Positions 55,007 to 64,000 of a DNA stretch of 64,000 nucleotides are shown in pieces. A program made the translations under genes and the position numbers. Within the stretch, counting starts at the first letter, position 1. Each line of letters opens with the position of its first letter. The notes beneath the pieces are model-generated. The model had not been told where the DNA came from, made no database searches, and saw only the letters and a program-made list of their open reading frames with translations. Source of the stretch: a virus (Duplodnaviria; Caudoviricetes); the IMG/VR virus record IMGVR_UViG_3300036778_000017, positions 9,981 to 73,980 of that record; one strand, written 5' to 3'.

Positions 55007-57817
55007 TTAATCTAGCTCGAAGTATTGCATCCACATGGGACAGACGAACCCCAAGGTGATCGTTCCAGCCGTGTACGTCGGCGTCGGCATCGTGCTCAAT
55101 GCAGTGTTGGTCTCGTCGACCGCGACGGTCATGGTGCCGATCGTCTGAATGACGCCGCCGGACTGGACTGAGAGATCAGGTCTCTCGTTGTGGAAGCCCG
55201 CGAACGCATTGGCCGACACCTTCGTCGACGTCCCGGAGCCGACTGCTAGACCAGCGCAGTAGTATCCGGGTTCGACGTTGAGATTTGGGCTGGTGGCCGG
55301 TATCTGAGATCCCGCATTGAAGAAGCTTGCCTGAAGACCACTGTCGTAGAGCGTTACACCACCTCCGGCCGCGCTGTTCACCTGATTGCGAACGAGCCTG
55401 AATATGAACAGACGACCATCCGTCGCCTTCGGCACTGAGACAACGCAACCGAGCTTCGTGATGCGGATAGCGTACTCGCACCAGAACGGCATCAGGTACA
55501 TCGTGCTGAAGTTCATGGCCAGCACGGAGGCACTCGTCGTCGTGAACGATGGGAACCCCGTCTTGTTGCTCGCTCCACTCAGGATTGGCGGAGCCTTCCT
55601 CGCAGTGGTGATCTGGGACTGCACGAACTGCAGAGTAGACGCTGTCGTGTTGGCGAATGGTCCACCGTTGTTCAGCGAGACGCACGCCAACGTGTAATAG
55701 TTCGTGTTCTTCGTGATAGAGGTGACGCGAGCAGTCCACGTTCCAGTATTAGCTCCAGTTCCAGGAGTTCCCGGAAACATCCGCAACACCAGATCATAGG
55801 TGCCGTCCTGCGTTCCAGCGATGAGAGCGTCGATCTGTGTGGTGAGATCAGTGCTGCCGCTGTTCGTCTTGGACAGATAGATGTTGAACGCGTCCACGGG
55901 CGAGCCGCTCGAGGCGCGAAACTTCCCGGCTCCAGGGTCGCTGTTCGTGGTCGTGGTGTCGAACGCCCACTGCGACACGATGCCCGAGGAGCCAGACGCG
56001 CCGCTGGCACCAGTCGCACCCGTCGCACCCTGCGGTCCCTGCAGAGAGAACGACTGATCGACCCAAGCCCCGGCCGTGTACGTGTAGACCTCGCCGTTGC
56101 TGGAGCGAAGATAATTGTCTCCATTCGCGACTCCCGCAGGGTTGCCCGTGGTCGGAGCAGCCGATCCGGTGTACCAGAGTGATCCGCGCGCACCAGCCGA
56201 GCCTGCGGAGCCGGCCGAGCCAGCCGGTCCGACGATCGAGAAACCCTGATCTGCCCACGCGCCAGAAACGTACTTGTAGACCTCGCCGTTCGAGCTCCGA
56301 AGATAGAAGTCCCCATTGAGCACACCAGCCGGACTACCCGTGGTCGGCGCTCCGGATCCCGTGCTCCACACCGAGCCGCGAGCACCGTCTGCACCGGCCG
56401 AGCCGGTAGCACCAGTCGCGCCCTTCAGGTTGCCTACGACAGAGCCCCACGCTCCAGCAGACTTCGGCCCATAGAGATCACCATTGCTGACGTTGAGATA
56501 CGTGTCACCGTTCTTGCCAAGAGCACCAGAGGGAACACCAGCACCAGACAGGAAGTCGTCACCATCAGCACCAGCTGCGCCCGTGGCTCCAGTCGCGCCC
56601 GGTGCACCGTCCGCGCCGTCCGCACCAGTGTCTCCAGTGTCGCCCTTGTCTCCCTTGTCGCCGGCTAGAACACCTTGATCTGTCCAAGCCCCGGCAGACT
56701 TGGAATAGAGATGGTGCGAGACGTTGTCGACGTACTGGTCCCCGTTGTTCCCCAGCCCCGACGAAGGCGCTCCCGAGCCGACGAGGAGTTGTGCACCCGT
56801 GTCGCCCTTGTCGCCCTTGTCGCCCTTGGCACCGGTCGCTCCGGTTGCACCGTCGGCTCCGGCGGGACCGTGGAGACTTCCCTCGAGGGTCCAGCTTCCG
56901 CCGGACTTTCCGTAGAGATTGAAGGCTGTGGTGTCGATGTACTGATCGCCGTTGGCACCGAGGCCGGAAGACGGAGCCCCGGAGCCGGTGTGTATTGTGG
57001 CACCGTCAACACCAGCGGCACCTGCGGCTCCTGCAGTCCCCTTGATATTCCCGATGAGGGTCCAGCTGGACACACCAGTCTTTGAGTAGAAGTTGAATGA
57101 CGCACCGTCAATATAGCTATCGCCGACAACGCCAAGACCGCTCCCAGGAGCGCCAGTGCCGACGTGTAGTGATAGACCGGATGCGCCTGCAGAACCTGCG
57201 TCTCCTGTGTCACCCTTGTCTCCCTTCGCACCAGCTGCGCCAGTCGCGCCCGTGGCACCCGCGGAACCAGCCGCGCCCTGCGGACCAGCGTCGCCCTGAT
57301 CTCCCTTGTCGCCCTTGTCACCCTTCGGTCCCTTCAGCGACGCCTGCAGGACCCAGTGACCAGACAGCTTCTTGTACAGATTGCCGGTGTCGACGTCGAT
57401 GTAGAGCTCGTTGTCGATGCCCATGTCGTCCGTCGGCGCACCGTGTCCGGTCAGGATGTCCGTTCCCTCACCGATCACGACCGCGCCAGCGTCGCCCTGA
57501 GCGCCCTGCGGCCCCGTCGCACCCTGAGCGCCGCGAACGTCAACCGCCAGCGTGATGTCAGTCACGAAGCCCGTGACGCCAACGTACTTCCCGATCTCGC
57601 TGTCCGGCTTATCGCCCTCGCCACCGATGAAGTCGACGAGACGCTCGACGCGCCGCGCTCCGTCGTTGACGATGGCAAGAACGGGGGTCCAGCCAGCGAA
57701 GCCGTTCTCGCCGGGCGTTCCGGGCAGACCGATTGGATCAAGAACGACGGTCTCTCCGATCGGCGGTGAGACCTCGATGACGATGACGTCGAGGACGTCG
57801 ACTGCGGTGTCCGTCAC
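55007..57817 (-). CDS. collagen-like fibre protein with repeated G.GAP..G..GD.Y modules
   Basis: multiple (GXY)n tracts alternating with 7 or more globular repeats; distinct C-terminal domain. Confidence 0.85.
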   Translation of the reverse strand: MTDTAVDVLDVIVIEVSPPIGETVVLDPIGLPGTPGENGFAGWTPVLAIVNDGARRVERLVDFIGGEGDKPDSEIGKYVGVTGFVTDITLAVDVRGAQGATGPQGAQGDAGAVVIGEGTDILTGHGAPTDDMGIDNELYIDVDTGNLYKKLSGHWVLQASLKGPKGDKGDKGDQGDAGPQGAAGSAGATGATGAAGAKGDKGDTGDAGSAGASGLSLHVGTGAPGSGLGVVGDSYIDGASFNFYSKTGVSSWTLIGNIKGTAGAAGAAGVDGATIHTGSGAPSSGLGANGDQYIDTTAFNLYGKSGGSWTLEGSLHGPAGADGATGATGAKGDKGDKGDTGAQLLVGSGAPSSGLGNNGDQYVDNVSHHLYSKSAGAWTDQGVLAGDKGDKGDTGDTGADGADGAPGATGATGAAGADGDDFLSGAGVPSGALGKNGDTYLNVSNGDLYGPKSAGAWGSVVGNLKGATGATGSAGADGARGSVWSTGSGAPTTGSPAGVLNGDFYLRSSNGEVYKYVSGAWADQGFSIVGPAGSAGSAGSAGARGSLWYTGSAAPTTGNPAGVANGDNYLRSSNGEVYTYTAGAWVDQSFSLQGPQGATGATGASGASGSSGIVSQWAFDTTTTNSDPGAGKFRASSGSPVDAFNIYLSKTNSGSTDLTTQIDALIAGTQDGTYDLVLRMFPGTPGTGANTGTWTARVTSITKNTNYYTLACVSLNNGGPFANTTASTLQFVQSQITTARKAPPILSGASNKTGFPSFTTTSASVLAMNFSTMYLMPFWCEYAIRITKLGCVVSVPKATDGRLFIFRLVRNQVNSAAGGGVTLYDSGLQASFFNAGSQIPATSPNLNVEPGYYCAGLAVGSGTSTKVSANAFAGFHNERPDLSVQSGGVIQTIGTMTVAVDETNTALSTMPTPTYTAGTITLGFVCPMWMQYFELD

Positions 57818-58194
57818 GACGCGACCTCCTCGTCATCATTGATGCCGCCGATCCCATTGATCGTGCCCATCATGTACACGATCTCGCTGGTCCCGTTGCG
57901 GATCTCGATTTCGTAGCTCGACTTGCCCGGCTGACCCTGCTTCCCCTGCTTCAGGAGACGGGTCTGCTCGGCAGTTGGCGTGAAGGTGTACGTTCCCGCG
58001 TCCGCGGACACGGTGCCCGGTCCGGTGCCCGCGTTGTCCGCCAGCGTGAGGCGAAATGCGAGGGTCTTGCTGTTGAACACCGATAACCGAATGTCCTCGA
58101 CAGGTATCGGCGTTCCGTTGATCTTGAACGATGCGATCAGCGGCGAGGTCGTGCCGCGGATCCAATCGAAGTCGTAGATTGCTAGATCAGCCAT
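57814..58194 (-). CDS. BppU-like Ig-fold structural protein
   Basis: FDWIRGTT..YTFTPTAEQT..YEIEI pattern; coupled to the collagen gene. Confidence 0.5.
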   Translation of the reverse strand: MADLAIYDFDWIRGTTSPLIASFKINGTPIPVEDIRLSVFNSKTLAFRLTLADNAGTGPGTVSADAGTYTFTPTAEQTRLLKQGKQGQPGKSSYEIEIRNGTSEIVYMMGTINGIGGINDDEEVAS

Positions 58195-58205
58195 CTAGAG
58201 AAACC

Positions 58206-59252
58206 TCACTGCGGCGTCGGCGACGATGACACTGTCATCTTCAGCGACTTGATGTTGACCGTGAAGACGACAGACTCTGCATCGTCGCCACTTGCTGCGA
58301 CGCCCACGCCACTCGCGGGCTTGCCTGTCTTCTTGTTGATGCGTATCGTGTCCCCATTCGGGAACGTGAATATCGGGGCGTTCGGGTCGTCTATCTTGAA
58401 CGGCGAGAAGACCGGCGAGTTGACCGCGTCTACCGGGAAGTCGCTCACAGTTCCGTCGAACGCTATCGCGCTGATGACCCAGCCTCTGCCCTCGGCACCC
58501 GTCGGCATGTTGGGCATGTCCACCTGAAACGTGTACGTCGGGTCGCCAGTCACTGGATCCTTGCCCAGCTTGTCCTTCGGCACGCGACCACTGTTCAGTG
58601 CGAACGATACCTGACCTCGCGTGGAGAACGACTTGTCAGTGACAGGCTTCTTGATCTCGATGACCTGCCAGTCTGCCTGAGGCGATCCTGGATTTCCAGC
58701 GAACGGCGCGTTAGCTGCGTTTCGCTGATTGGCATTCAGCTGTGCCTCTGACAGAGACGTGAACGAGCCCCAGACCTCACCGTAGGTCATCGGTGTTCCG
58801 TTGTTGTTCAGATACCACGTCGGAGAGTCGATGTTAGCAGCGTTCGGCGGACCTGTAATCGGCTTTCCGAAGGCTCTGGCGTTGACAGCGTCAGATGACG
58901 CAGAGTACGTGGCCCACCGACCGACGCTGGGACTTCCAGTTATCTCGTCCTTGTGACGATACGGATCATTCGTTCCGACGTACCACTGATCCAGCTTCTG
59001 CCGCATGAGGGCCGACACTGGATTGACCACCTGAACTCCAGTGTCTCCAGGAAACGTGATGTTGCCGCTGAACACGTTCATGGGATCAGCACCCCACGGA
59101 GTGACAGACAGAGTGACCGGCTCTCCGTCAGTCGGAGGAGCTCCAAAGTTCAGTGCCGAGTAGGACACGAAGCAGAACACGATCCCACCACCCTTGAAGC
59201 TGATGCGATCGATGATATTGTTGAACCGCTGCTGCGGTCCGGGCTTCGCCAC
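58206..59252 (-). CDS. virion structural protein, unknown function
   Basis: 348 aa within the neck module. Confidence 0.65.
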   Translation of the reverse strand: MAKPGPQQRFNNIIDRISFKGGGIVFCFVSYSALNFGAPPTDGEPVTLSVTPWGADPMNVFSGNITFPGDTGVQVVNPVSALMRQKLDQWYVGTNDPYRHKDEITGSPSVGRWATYSASSDAVNARAFGKPITGPPNAANIDSPTWYLNNNGTPMTYGEVWGSFTSLSEAQLNANQRNAANAPFAGNPGSPQADWQVIEIKKPVTDKSFSTRGQVSFALNSGRVPKDKLGKDPVTGDPTYTFQVDMPNMPTGAEGRGWVISAIAFDGTVSDFPVDAVNSPVFSPFKIDDPNAPIFTFPNGDTIRINKKTGKPASGVGVAASGDDAESVVFTVNIKSLKMTVSSSPTPQ

Positions 59253-59253
59253 G

Positions 59254-59595
59254 TCAAGCGTCTCCTATGAACAGACACGGACAATCGAACGCGATCCACG
59301 TGCCGTCCGGCTGCGGGTTCTGTGGAGGAAGAGTCAGCTTGTATCGCTTCCCCTTGAACTCAACGGTGTCGAGCTCCGGGTCCGGCACGCCGGACACTGG
59401 AACATTCAGCGCGCTGATCATGATGCGGACCACGCCGTCAGCATACAGCCCGCGCTCCCGAGGAGTGTACGCACTGATCGCCATGGTGGCCGACCGCCTC
59501 GCGCCGTCCCGGACGAGGAAGCCGTTGTTCTCGCCTCCTCCCCAGCTGGCGATGTGACCGTGCCACACTCGGCGGCTTCTGTCAAAGTCCGGCAT
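59254..59595 (-). CDS. head-tail adaptor/closure protein
   Basis: position and size. Confidence 0.55.
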   Translation of the reverse strand: MPDFDRSRRVWHGHIASWGGGENNGFLVRDGARRSATMAISAYTPRERGLYADGVVRIMISALNVPVSGVPDPELDTVEFKGKRYKLTLPPQNPQPDGTWIAFDCPCLFIGDA

Positions 59596-59978
59596 CAGAC
59601 AGTCACCGGGCCAGTCTTGTTGAGCTTCAGCAGTCGATAGAAGCTGCGACCATATGACGTAGAGCCGTACTGCGAGTTCGCTGCCTGATCATCGGCCGAC
59701 CGCGAGTTATCGTAGCTGATGCTCATGCCGCCGAACGACTCGCTGGCGATGATGCCACTGGACGACCCCCCGCCCGCGCCCGAGGAGTTCTCGACGGTGA
59801 GGAGATGAGCCGTCAGGTACAGAATGGCCGGAGCGTAGTCCACTTCTCGCCAACTGGTGTCCACCGAGTTGATCGCCTCGTCGAGGACGGCCTGTATCTG
59901 GTCACTGTCCGTGTCCTCGAACTGCGGGAAGCGAGCAGTGAAGTCGTCGGTCGTCGGTGCGGTGTAGGCCATGGTCAC
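59595..59978 (-). CDS. head-tail connector (DUF4054-like)
   Basis: FTARFPQF..AILYLTAHLL..YGSTSYGRSFYRLLK. Confidence 0.8.
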   Translation of the reverse strand: MTMAYTAPTTDDFTARFPQFEDTDSDQIQAVLDEAINSVDTSWREVDYAPAILYLTAHLLTVENSSGAGGGSSSGIIASESFGGMSISYDNSRSADDQAANSQYGSTSYGRSFYRLLKLNKTGPVTV

Positions 59979-60583
59979 CTCCTCGCGCGGGCGCGCTTCG
60001 CGGGTGCGCGTGCGAGCGGACGCTCGGGCGGGGGCGGAGACACCACCACGTCTGCTCGGGCTTCTCGTGCCTCGTCAGCCGCCCGCTTGAACGGATGCGT
60101 AGGCTCGCCCCACTTCTCCTTCTCAGCATCGTCCCGCTGCTTCTGCTCTTCCTTCTCGAGCTCCTTCGGGTCGACGTCGTCGTGAATGAAGCGCTCGCCG
60201 TTCTTGCGATCACGCTGCGCAGATATCCAGTCCTCTACCATCGTGCGAAGCATCATGCGCATCTGTTGGCGCGAGGGCCTGATCTGCGTGAGATTGTTCG
60301 GCGGAACTACCTCGAGAAACCGACGGAGCAGATCCTCGTATCCGTCGAACTCGATGACGTGGAGCAGATCGAGATATCCGCGAACCTCTTCTGGAACGCT
60401 GGCCTCGTTCTCGTCTCGCACCAGCACGGTGTCCGGCATGGCCGAGAACCTGAGACCCTGAACGACCTGACCTGACAGGTCTGCGATGACCACACGACCG
60501 ACTGGTACGGACACCGGTCTGTTGGTCCTGTCATAGAACACTCGTGGTCCCTCGCCCAAGTTCAGCAACGAAACTCTCATCAT
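59975..60583 (-). CDS. hypothetical protein, head module
   Basis: 202 aa downstream of the capsid gene. Confidence 0.6.
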   Translation of the reverse strand: MMRVSLLNLGEGPRVFYDRTNRPVSVPVGRVVIADLSGQVVQGLRFSAMPDTVLVRDENEASVPEEVRGYLDLLHVIEFDGYEDLLRRFLEVVPPNNLTQIRPSRQQMRMMLRTMVEDWISAQRDRKNGERFIHDDVDPKELEKEEQKQRDDAEKEKWGEPTHPFKRAADEAREARADVVVSPPPPERPLARAPAKRARARR

Positions 60584-60598
60584 GATATTCCTCTCGAA

Positions 60599-60730
60599 CT
60601 ACCCGTTGAATTGCCTGATGACAAGTGCGATCACCAGTGTCGCGGCAATGATGACACCAGTGATCACCAGAAGCACGTACCAGCGAGGATACAGGGTGTT
60701 GCCTACCCAGACAAGATCACTCAGTCTCAT
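60599..60730 (-). CDS. small single-pass membrane protein (43 aa; below the ORF cut-off)
   Basis: hand translation MRLSDLVWVGNTLYPRWYVLLVITGVIIAATLVIALVIRQFNG; GGAG RBS. Confidence 0.55.
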   Translation of the reverse strand: MRLSDLVWVGNTLYPRWYVLLVITGVIIAATLVIALVIRQFNG

Positions 60731-60760
60731 GTCACGTCTCCAAGTGGTTGCAGAACTGGC

Positions 60761-60784
60761 CGGAGGGGCGGCGAGACCCCTCCG
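60761..60784 (-). terminator. hairpin after the major capsid gene
   Basis: cggagggg-N8-cccctccg; weak U-tract. Confidence 0.5.
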
Positions 60785-60797
60785 ACCACTTGGCGGC

Positions 60798-61763
60798 TTA
60801 CGACAGCTGATCCGAAGTGAGGATGCCGTCGACGTACCGCACAGCGCCCGGGCGGCGGATTTCCAGGCCGGCGAGCCTGAAGATACCCGGGACGTCGAAG
60901 ACCATGGGTGCCGACTGGAAGACAGGCAGGAACCTATGGGTCATGGGAATGTGCATCTTCAGAACCTGCGGATCCCGACGATACGCGATCATGCGGCCGG
61001 AGCCGTTCTGGCCTGCGCTCTCCAGACCGCGGAGCGCGCGGATAGTGAGTTGCTGACCAGTGATCTGAGTGTAGACGTTGCTGCGAGTCAAGTAATCGAG
61101 CACGGAGCGATCCGTGTTGTCGATGCGCTTGGTTCCCAGGATCGTCAGAGCAGCGACCGGCAGGAGCAGAGTGTCCGCCATCTCGACCGTCAGCGACGAG
61201 ACATACACGCCGGTCAGCGCGTTGTTCACGTCGGCGAGGATCTCGTCAGCGGACTTCTGGTCCCACGTGGTATGGGCACCGCCGCTTCCGCCGTGACCAG
61301 CGAGAACGGTGGTGATGCCCGGATAGTTCATGATGCCGAAGATCGACTTCTCGCCCTTGCCGCGAAGAGCCACGTCATCGACGAACTCCTCGTAGGCACG
61401 ACGAGCAGCCGCTGCACGATCGGCCGACAGATTGGTGCCGGGGATCATGAGCGCCTGACCGAGCTCCTCGAGATCGTAGCGATAGCCGATGTCGGCCATC
61501 TCGATCCCGACCTCGTGCTTCGCACGATCCACGTCAGCGACGTGAATGTCCTTGGCACGAGCAGCGAACCAACCGGCCTTGCCGGTCTTGTCGGTCGAGT
61601 AGTACGTGACAGACTTCGCCCACTCGTTGGCGGAGGTGTCGACGGGGATCAAGGCCGGATACTGGATGTCCGGATACAAGATCTGGACAACCTGCGCCTC
61701 GATGGACGAGGTCTGGGAGACCAGAAAGCCGAGGGCCTGCTGGTCGGTGACACGAAATCGCAT
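60798..61763 (-). CDS. major capsid protein (DUF2184 family)
   Basis: LYPDIQYPALIPV..YRYDLEEL..GLEIRRPGAVRYVDGI. Confidence 0.9.
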   Translation of the reverse strand: MRFRVTDQQALGFLVSQTSSIEAQVVQILYPDIQYPALIPVDTSANEWAKSVTYYSTDKTGKAGWFAARAKDIHVADVDRAKHEVGIEMADIGYRYDLEELGQALMIPGTNLSADRAAAARRAYEEFVDDVALRGKGEKSIFGIMNYPGITTVLAGHGGSGGAHTTWDQKSADEILADVNNALTGVYVSSLTVEMADTLLLPVAALTILGTKRIDNTDRSVLDYLTRSNVYTQITGQQLTIRALRGLESAGQNGSGRMIAYRRDPQVLKMHIPMTHRFLPVFQSAPMVFDVPGIFRLAGLEIRRPGAVRYVDGILTSDQLS

Positions 61764-61830
61764 TATTTTGTTCCTCAGATGAGAGGGTTGAAGGAGGCCG
61801 CGTAGAGCGACGCGTGCGTCGCCCTCTCGC

Positions 61831-62304
61831 TTAGCCCGCGGAGGTGGTCTTGTAGTCCGGGAGCGTCACGACGGCGCGACCGCCGGTTCCGCACGAGGTC
61901 TTCCAGTGAGCACCCTTGATAAGCTGGTTGCTCGAAGGCTGGTTCGTGAGAAGTCCAGTGGCTCCGACGAAGTAGACGGGATCCTGCGCCGCGACCGCGT
62001 GAGACGGCTCGACCCAGATATCACCCTCCTCGAGAATGTCGACGTTGTTCGGCGGCAGATACACATCGTGCTCGGCACCGAGGGTGACGACCTTGACGCT
62101 GATGCCGCGGAAACCCGCCGCCGTTCCACCGAGAACGACACCCTGATCGGAGAGAGTGCCCTGAGAGACAGCGCGACCGAACGGAATTCCGCCCGGACCA
62201 GCCGTCTCGCAGATCCCGGTCTGGACCTCGAAGTCGGTGCTCGCAATAGTGCCGGGCGGGTTGGGAGCCAACCGCTCGGAGTAGGTGGACTGAACAGTAG
62301 CCAT
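61831..62304 (-). CDS. head decoration/cement protein
   Basis: GIPFGRAV..GDIWVE..DPVYF; position before the MCP. Confidence 0.75.
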   Translation of the reverse strand: MATVQSTYSERLAPNPPGTIASTDFEVQTGICETAGPGGIPFGRAVSQGTLSDQGVVLGGTAAGFRGISVKVVTLGAEHDVYLPPNNVDILEEGDIWVEPSHAVAAQDPVYFVGATGLLTNQPSSNQLIKGAHWKTSCGTGGRAVVTLPDYKTTSAG

Positions 62305-62377
62305 GATGGCTTCTTTCCTTGTGATTAGTGGTGGAACCCCCGATCAGAGAGCGGGGGCGAGGGTTCGGGTGTGGAGA

Positions 62378-63808
62378 CTAGGCGTGCGAGGCCGGAGCCT
62401 TCCAGGCGTTCTCCAGCTGCTTGTCACGATCGTCGTACAGCTTGTCGCGGGCCGCGTCGTTGGCGATCGCCACCGAGTGAGGCTGATGCGAGAAGGCAGT
62501 GCGCGTCCGGTCGACACCAGCGTCGCCGACGCTGACGGCAGCAGCCAGAGTGTCGAAGGACACTCGGATCTGCTCCGGCTTCCAGTCCTTGGCCGCGTCG
62601 CCCAACTTGGCGTCGACGACCTGCTTCATGACGTCCTCGATGGACTTGCCGTCCACCACGACCGCCGGGAAGAGGACCTTGGCCTTGTCCGCCACGATCT
62701 GCCGATCCTTGACGAGGCCGTCGAGCTTGTCCGGCGTCAGGACAGCGTCCTTCAGCTGGGTCTCGAGCGTCGCCGTCTTCGCGACCGCAGCCGCGAGATC
62801 GGTGGTCAGCTTCGCGATCTGACCTTCCTTGTCCTTCACCGCAGCGTCGCTGGTCGCCTTGAGGGTGTCCAGCTGCGACTGCAGCGTAACTTGAGCGGCC
62901 TTCGCCTGATCCATGAAGCGCTGGACGACCTGAATGGCCGTGTCGCTCATCTCGCAGGTGATGCCGTCAACAATCATCGTCTTCATGGCATTCATCTCCT
63001 GTTGGTTGCCATCTTTCACTTGACCGAGAAGGTAGAAGGCGGCATACTCGACGTCCGCCCTCCCGTCCTTCTTGGCCTTGGCTTGTGCACTCTGCAAGGC
63101 CGCGATATGCACCGAGCCGTCCTTCATGAACGGGTATTCCCCGTCAAGGAAACCAAGAACTTGGTCTCCCTCCTCGAGAGCCTTGTCGCGGACGACCCGG
63201 CCTTCCCGAATTGCTTCGACGCCCCTACCGACGGCGTCGGACAACTTCTGCGACGTCGCAGCGTCCCCGAATGCGTACTCGGGACCTGCTCGCCCGGCCT
63301 TAACGAAGGCCGTGTGATTGATGCGAATGCCGACCTGTCGGCCATCGTACTGCTCGCCCGCAGGCGTCGTGCCGGGCGTCATGTCGATGTCGCAGGTGTA
63401 TCCCGCCGACAGCTGCCTCTTGCCGCCGTCCTTGTACTTCTTGATCAGGCGGCCATCCATCAGCACCATGGGCACGCGGATGGCGTCTCCGTCCCGCAGG
63501 ACCTCACCTCCCATGTTGCCCTTGGCGTAGTCCTTCCAGTTGGCCTGATCGACCATGACCGGCGGATGGTCGTCTGTGATCGGCTTGTAGGCGAACGACG
63601 CCATGCTGTCCGCGGAGAACACCTCCTCCGGCGGACGATAGATGCGGACCACGGACTTGTCGGTCACGCCGACCTCGCTTCCGCGGTACAGCTGGATGCC
63701 CGTGCGCGCGACCTTCGGCGCACCGACGAGGTATCCGTCAGCAGTCTCGGTGACCTTGGCTCCGTCGTCGAGCTCCATAAGCAAGTCGTTGAACTGATAT
63801 CGCATCAT
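62378..63808 (-). CDS. DUF2213 prohead protease/scaffold protein
   Basis: TADGYL..VARTGIQLYRG..YRPPEEVFS..QLSAGY..NHTAFVKAGRAGP. Confidence 0.9.
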   Translation of the reverse strand: MMRYQFNDLLMELDDGAKVTETADGYLVGAPKVARTGIQLYRGSEVGVTDKSVVRIYRPPEEVFSADSMASFAYKPITDDHPPVMVDQANWKDYAKGNMGGEVLRDGDAIRVPMVLMDGRLIKKYKDGGKRQLSAGYTCDIDMTPGTTPAGEQYDGRQVGIRINHTAFVKAGRAGPEYAFGDAATSQKLSDAVGRGVEAIREGRVVRDKALEEGDQVLGFLDGEYPFMKDGSVHIAALQSAQAKAKKDGRADVEYAAFYLLGQVKDGNQQEMNAMKTMIVDGITCEMSDTAIQVVQRFMDQAKAAQVTLQSQLDTLKATSDAAVKDKEGQIAKLTTDLAAAVAKTATLETQLKDAVLTPDKLDGLVKDRQIVADKAKVLFPAVVVDGKSIEDVMKQVVDAKLGDAAKDWKPEQIRVSFDTLAAAVSVGDAGVDRTRTAFSHQPHSVAIANDAARDKLYDDRDKQLENAWKAPASHA

Positions 63809-64000
63809 GGTCTCCAATAGCGCCTGATCCAGCCAGACTCCTCCTGAGCCTGATGGTCCCACGGCTTGCGCCTGCCGTGGAAGAATACGAGTCGTGTCTT
63901 GGCGCTGAACGAGCCCAGACGACGACAGTGCAGCGGATAGCTCGCCAGCACCGGATACGGAATGTCAGTGTGGCCGGGCTTGCCGACCAATTTCCAGCTC
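63805..64000 (-). CDS. C-terminus of a GT-A (GT8-like) glycosyltransferase, partial at the window edge
   Basis: frame open to position 64000; ASY..RLVFFHGRRKPW..WIRRYW. Confidence 0.6.
   Translation of the reverse strand, partial: SWKLVGKPGHTDIPYPVLASYPLHCRRLGSFSAKTRLVFFHGRRKPWDHQAQEESGWIRRYWRP

Noticed and set aside
55900-57560. Short tandem repeats resembling a CRISPR or VNTR array
   Set aside because: They are in-frame collagen GXY codons, with no repeat-spacer structure and no cas genes.

Overview
The window is most of a lytic-looking, high-GC tailed (siphovirus-type) phage genome, cut inside the packaging/head region. Layout: terminase small subunit and an RfaH/NusG-family gene (-, 312-1479); a short + strand cluster ending in a PD-(D/E)xK nuclease (1912-4228); about 40 small early/accessory genes (-, 4580-17018); a YuA/M6-like DNA modification and replication block (-, 18002-37157: family A polymerase, dUMP hydroxymethylase-like TS, HD hydrolase, Nmad1-like, UDG-like, methyltransferase, P-loop and helical 5-hmU DNA kinase parts, T4-BGT-like glycosyltransferase, exonuclease, UvrD, HAD, NUDIX, AEP primase, SSB-like); an SNF2 helicase (+); and lysis, tail and head genes (-, 39459-64000). 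No integrase, tRNA, rRNA or CRISPR array was seen. Main hunting results: (1) a thymidine hypermodification cluster in which a glycosyltransferase and a methyltransferase, not a recognisable amino-acid:DNA transferase, flank the hmU kinase, suggesting a sugar-bearing hmU (base-J-like) modification; (2) a phage RfaH-like antiterminator followed by a perfect ops element (GGCGGTAGCGTG) just ahead of the late operon; (3) intergenic islands with 155-158 nt runs free of TC/GA in a TC/GA-rich genome; (4) DnaA boxes at the heads of replication operons and a perfect CtrA box, pointing to an alphaproteobacterial host; (5) a GT8-like glycosyltransferase tail coupled to the head genes. All protein calls come from motif recognition by eye, not database searches.
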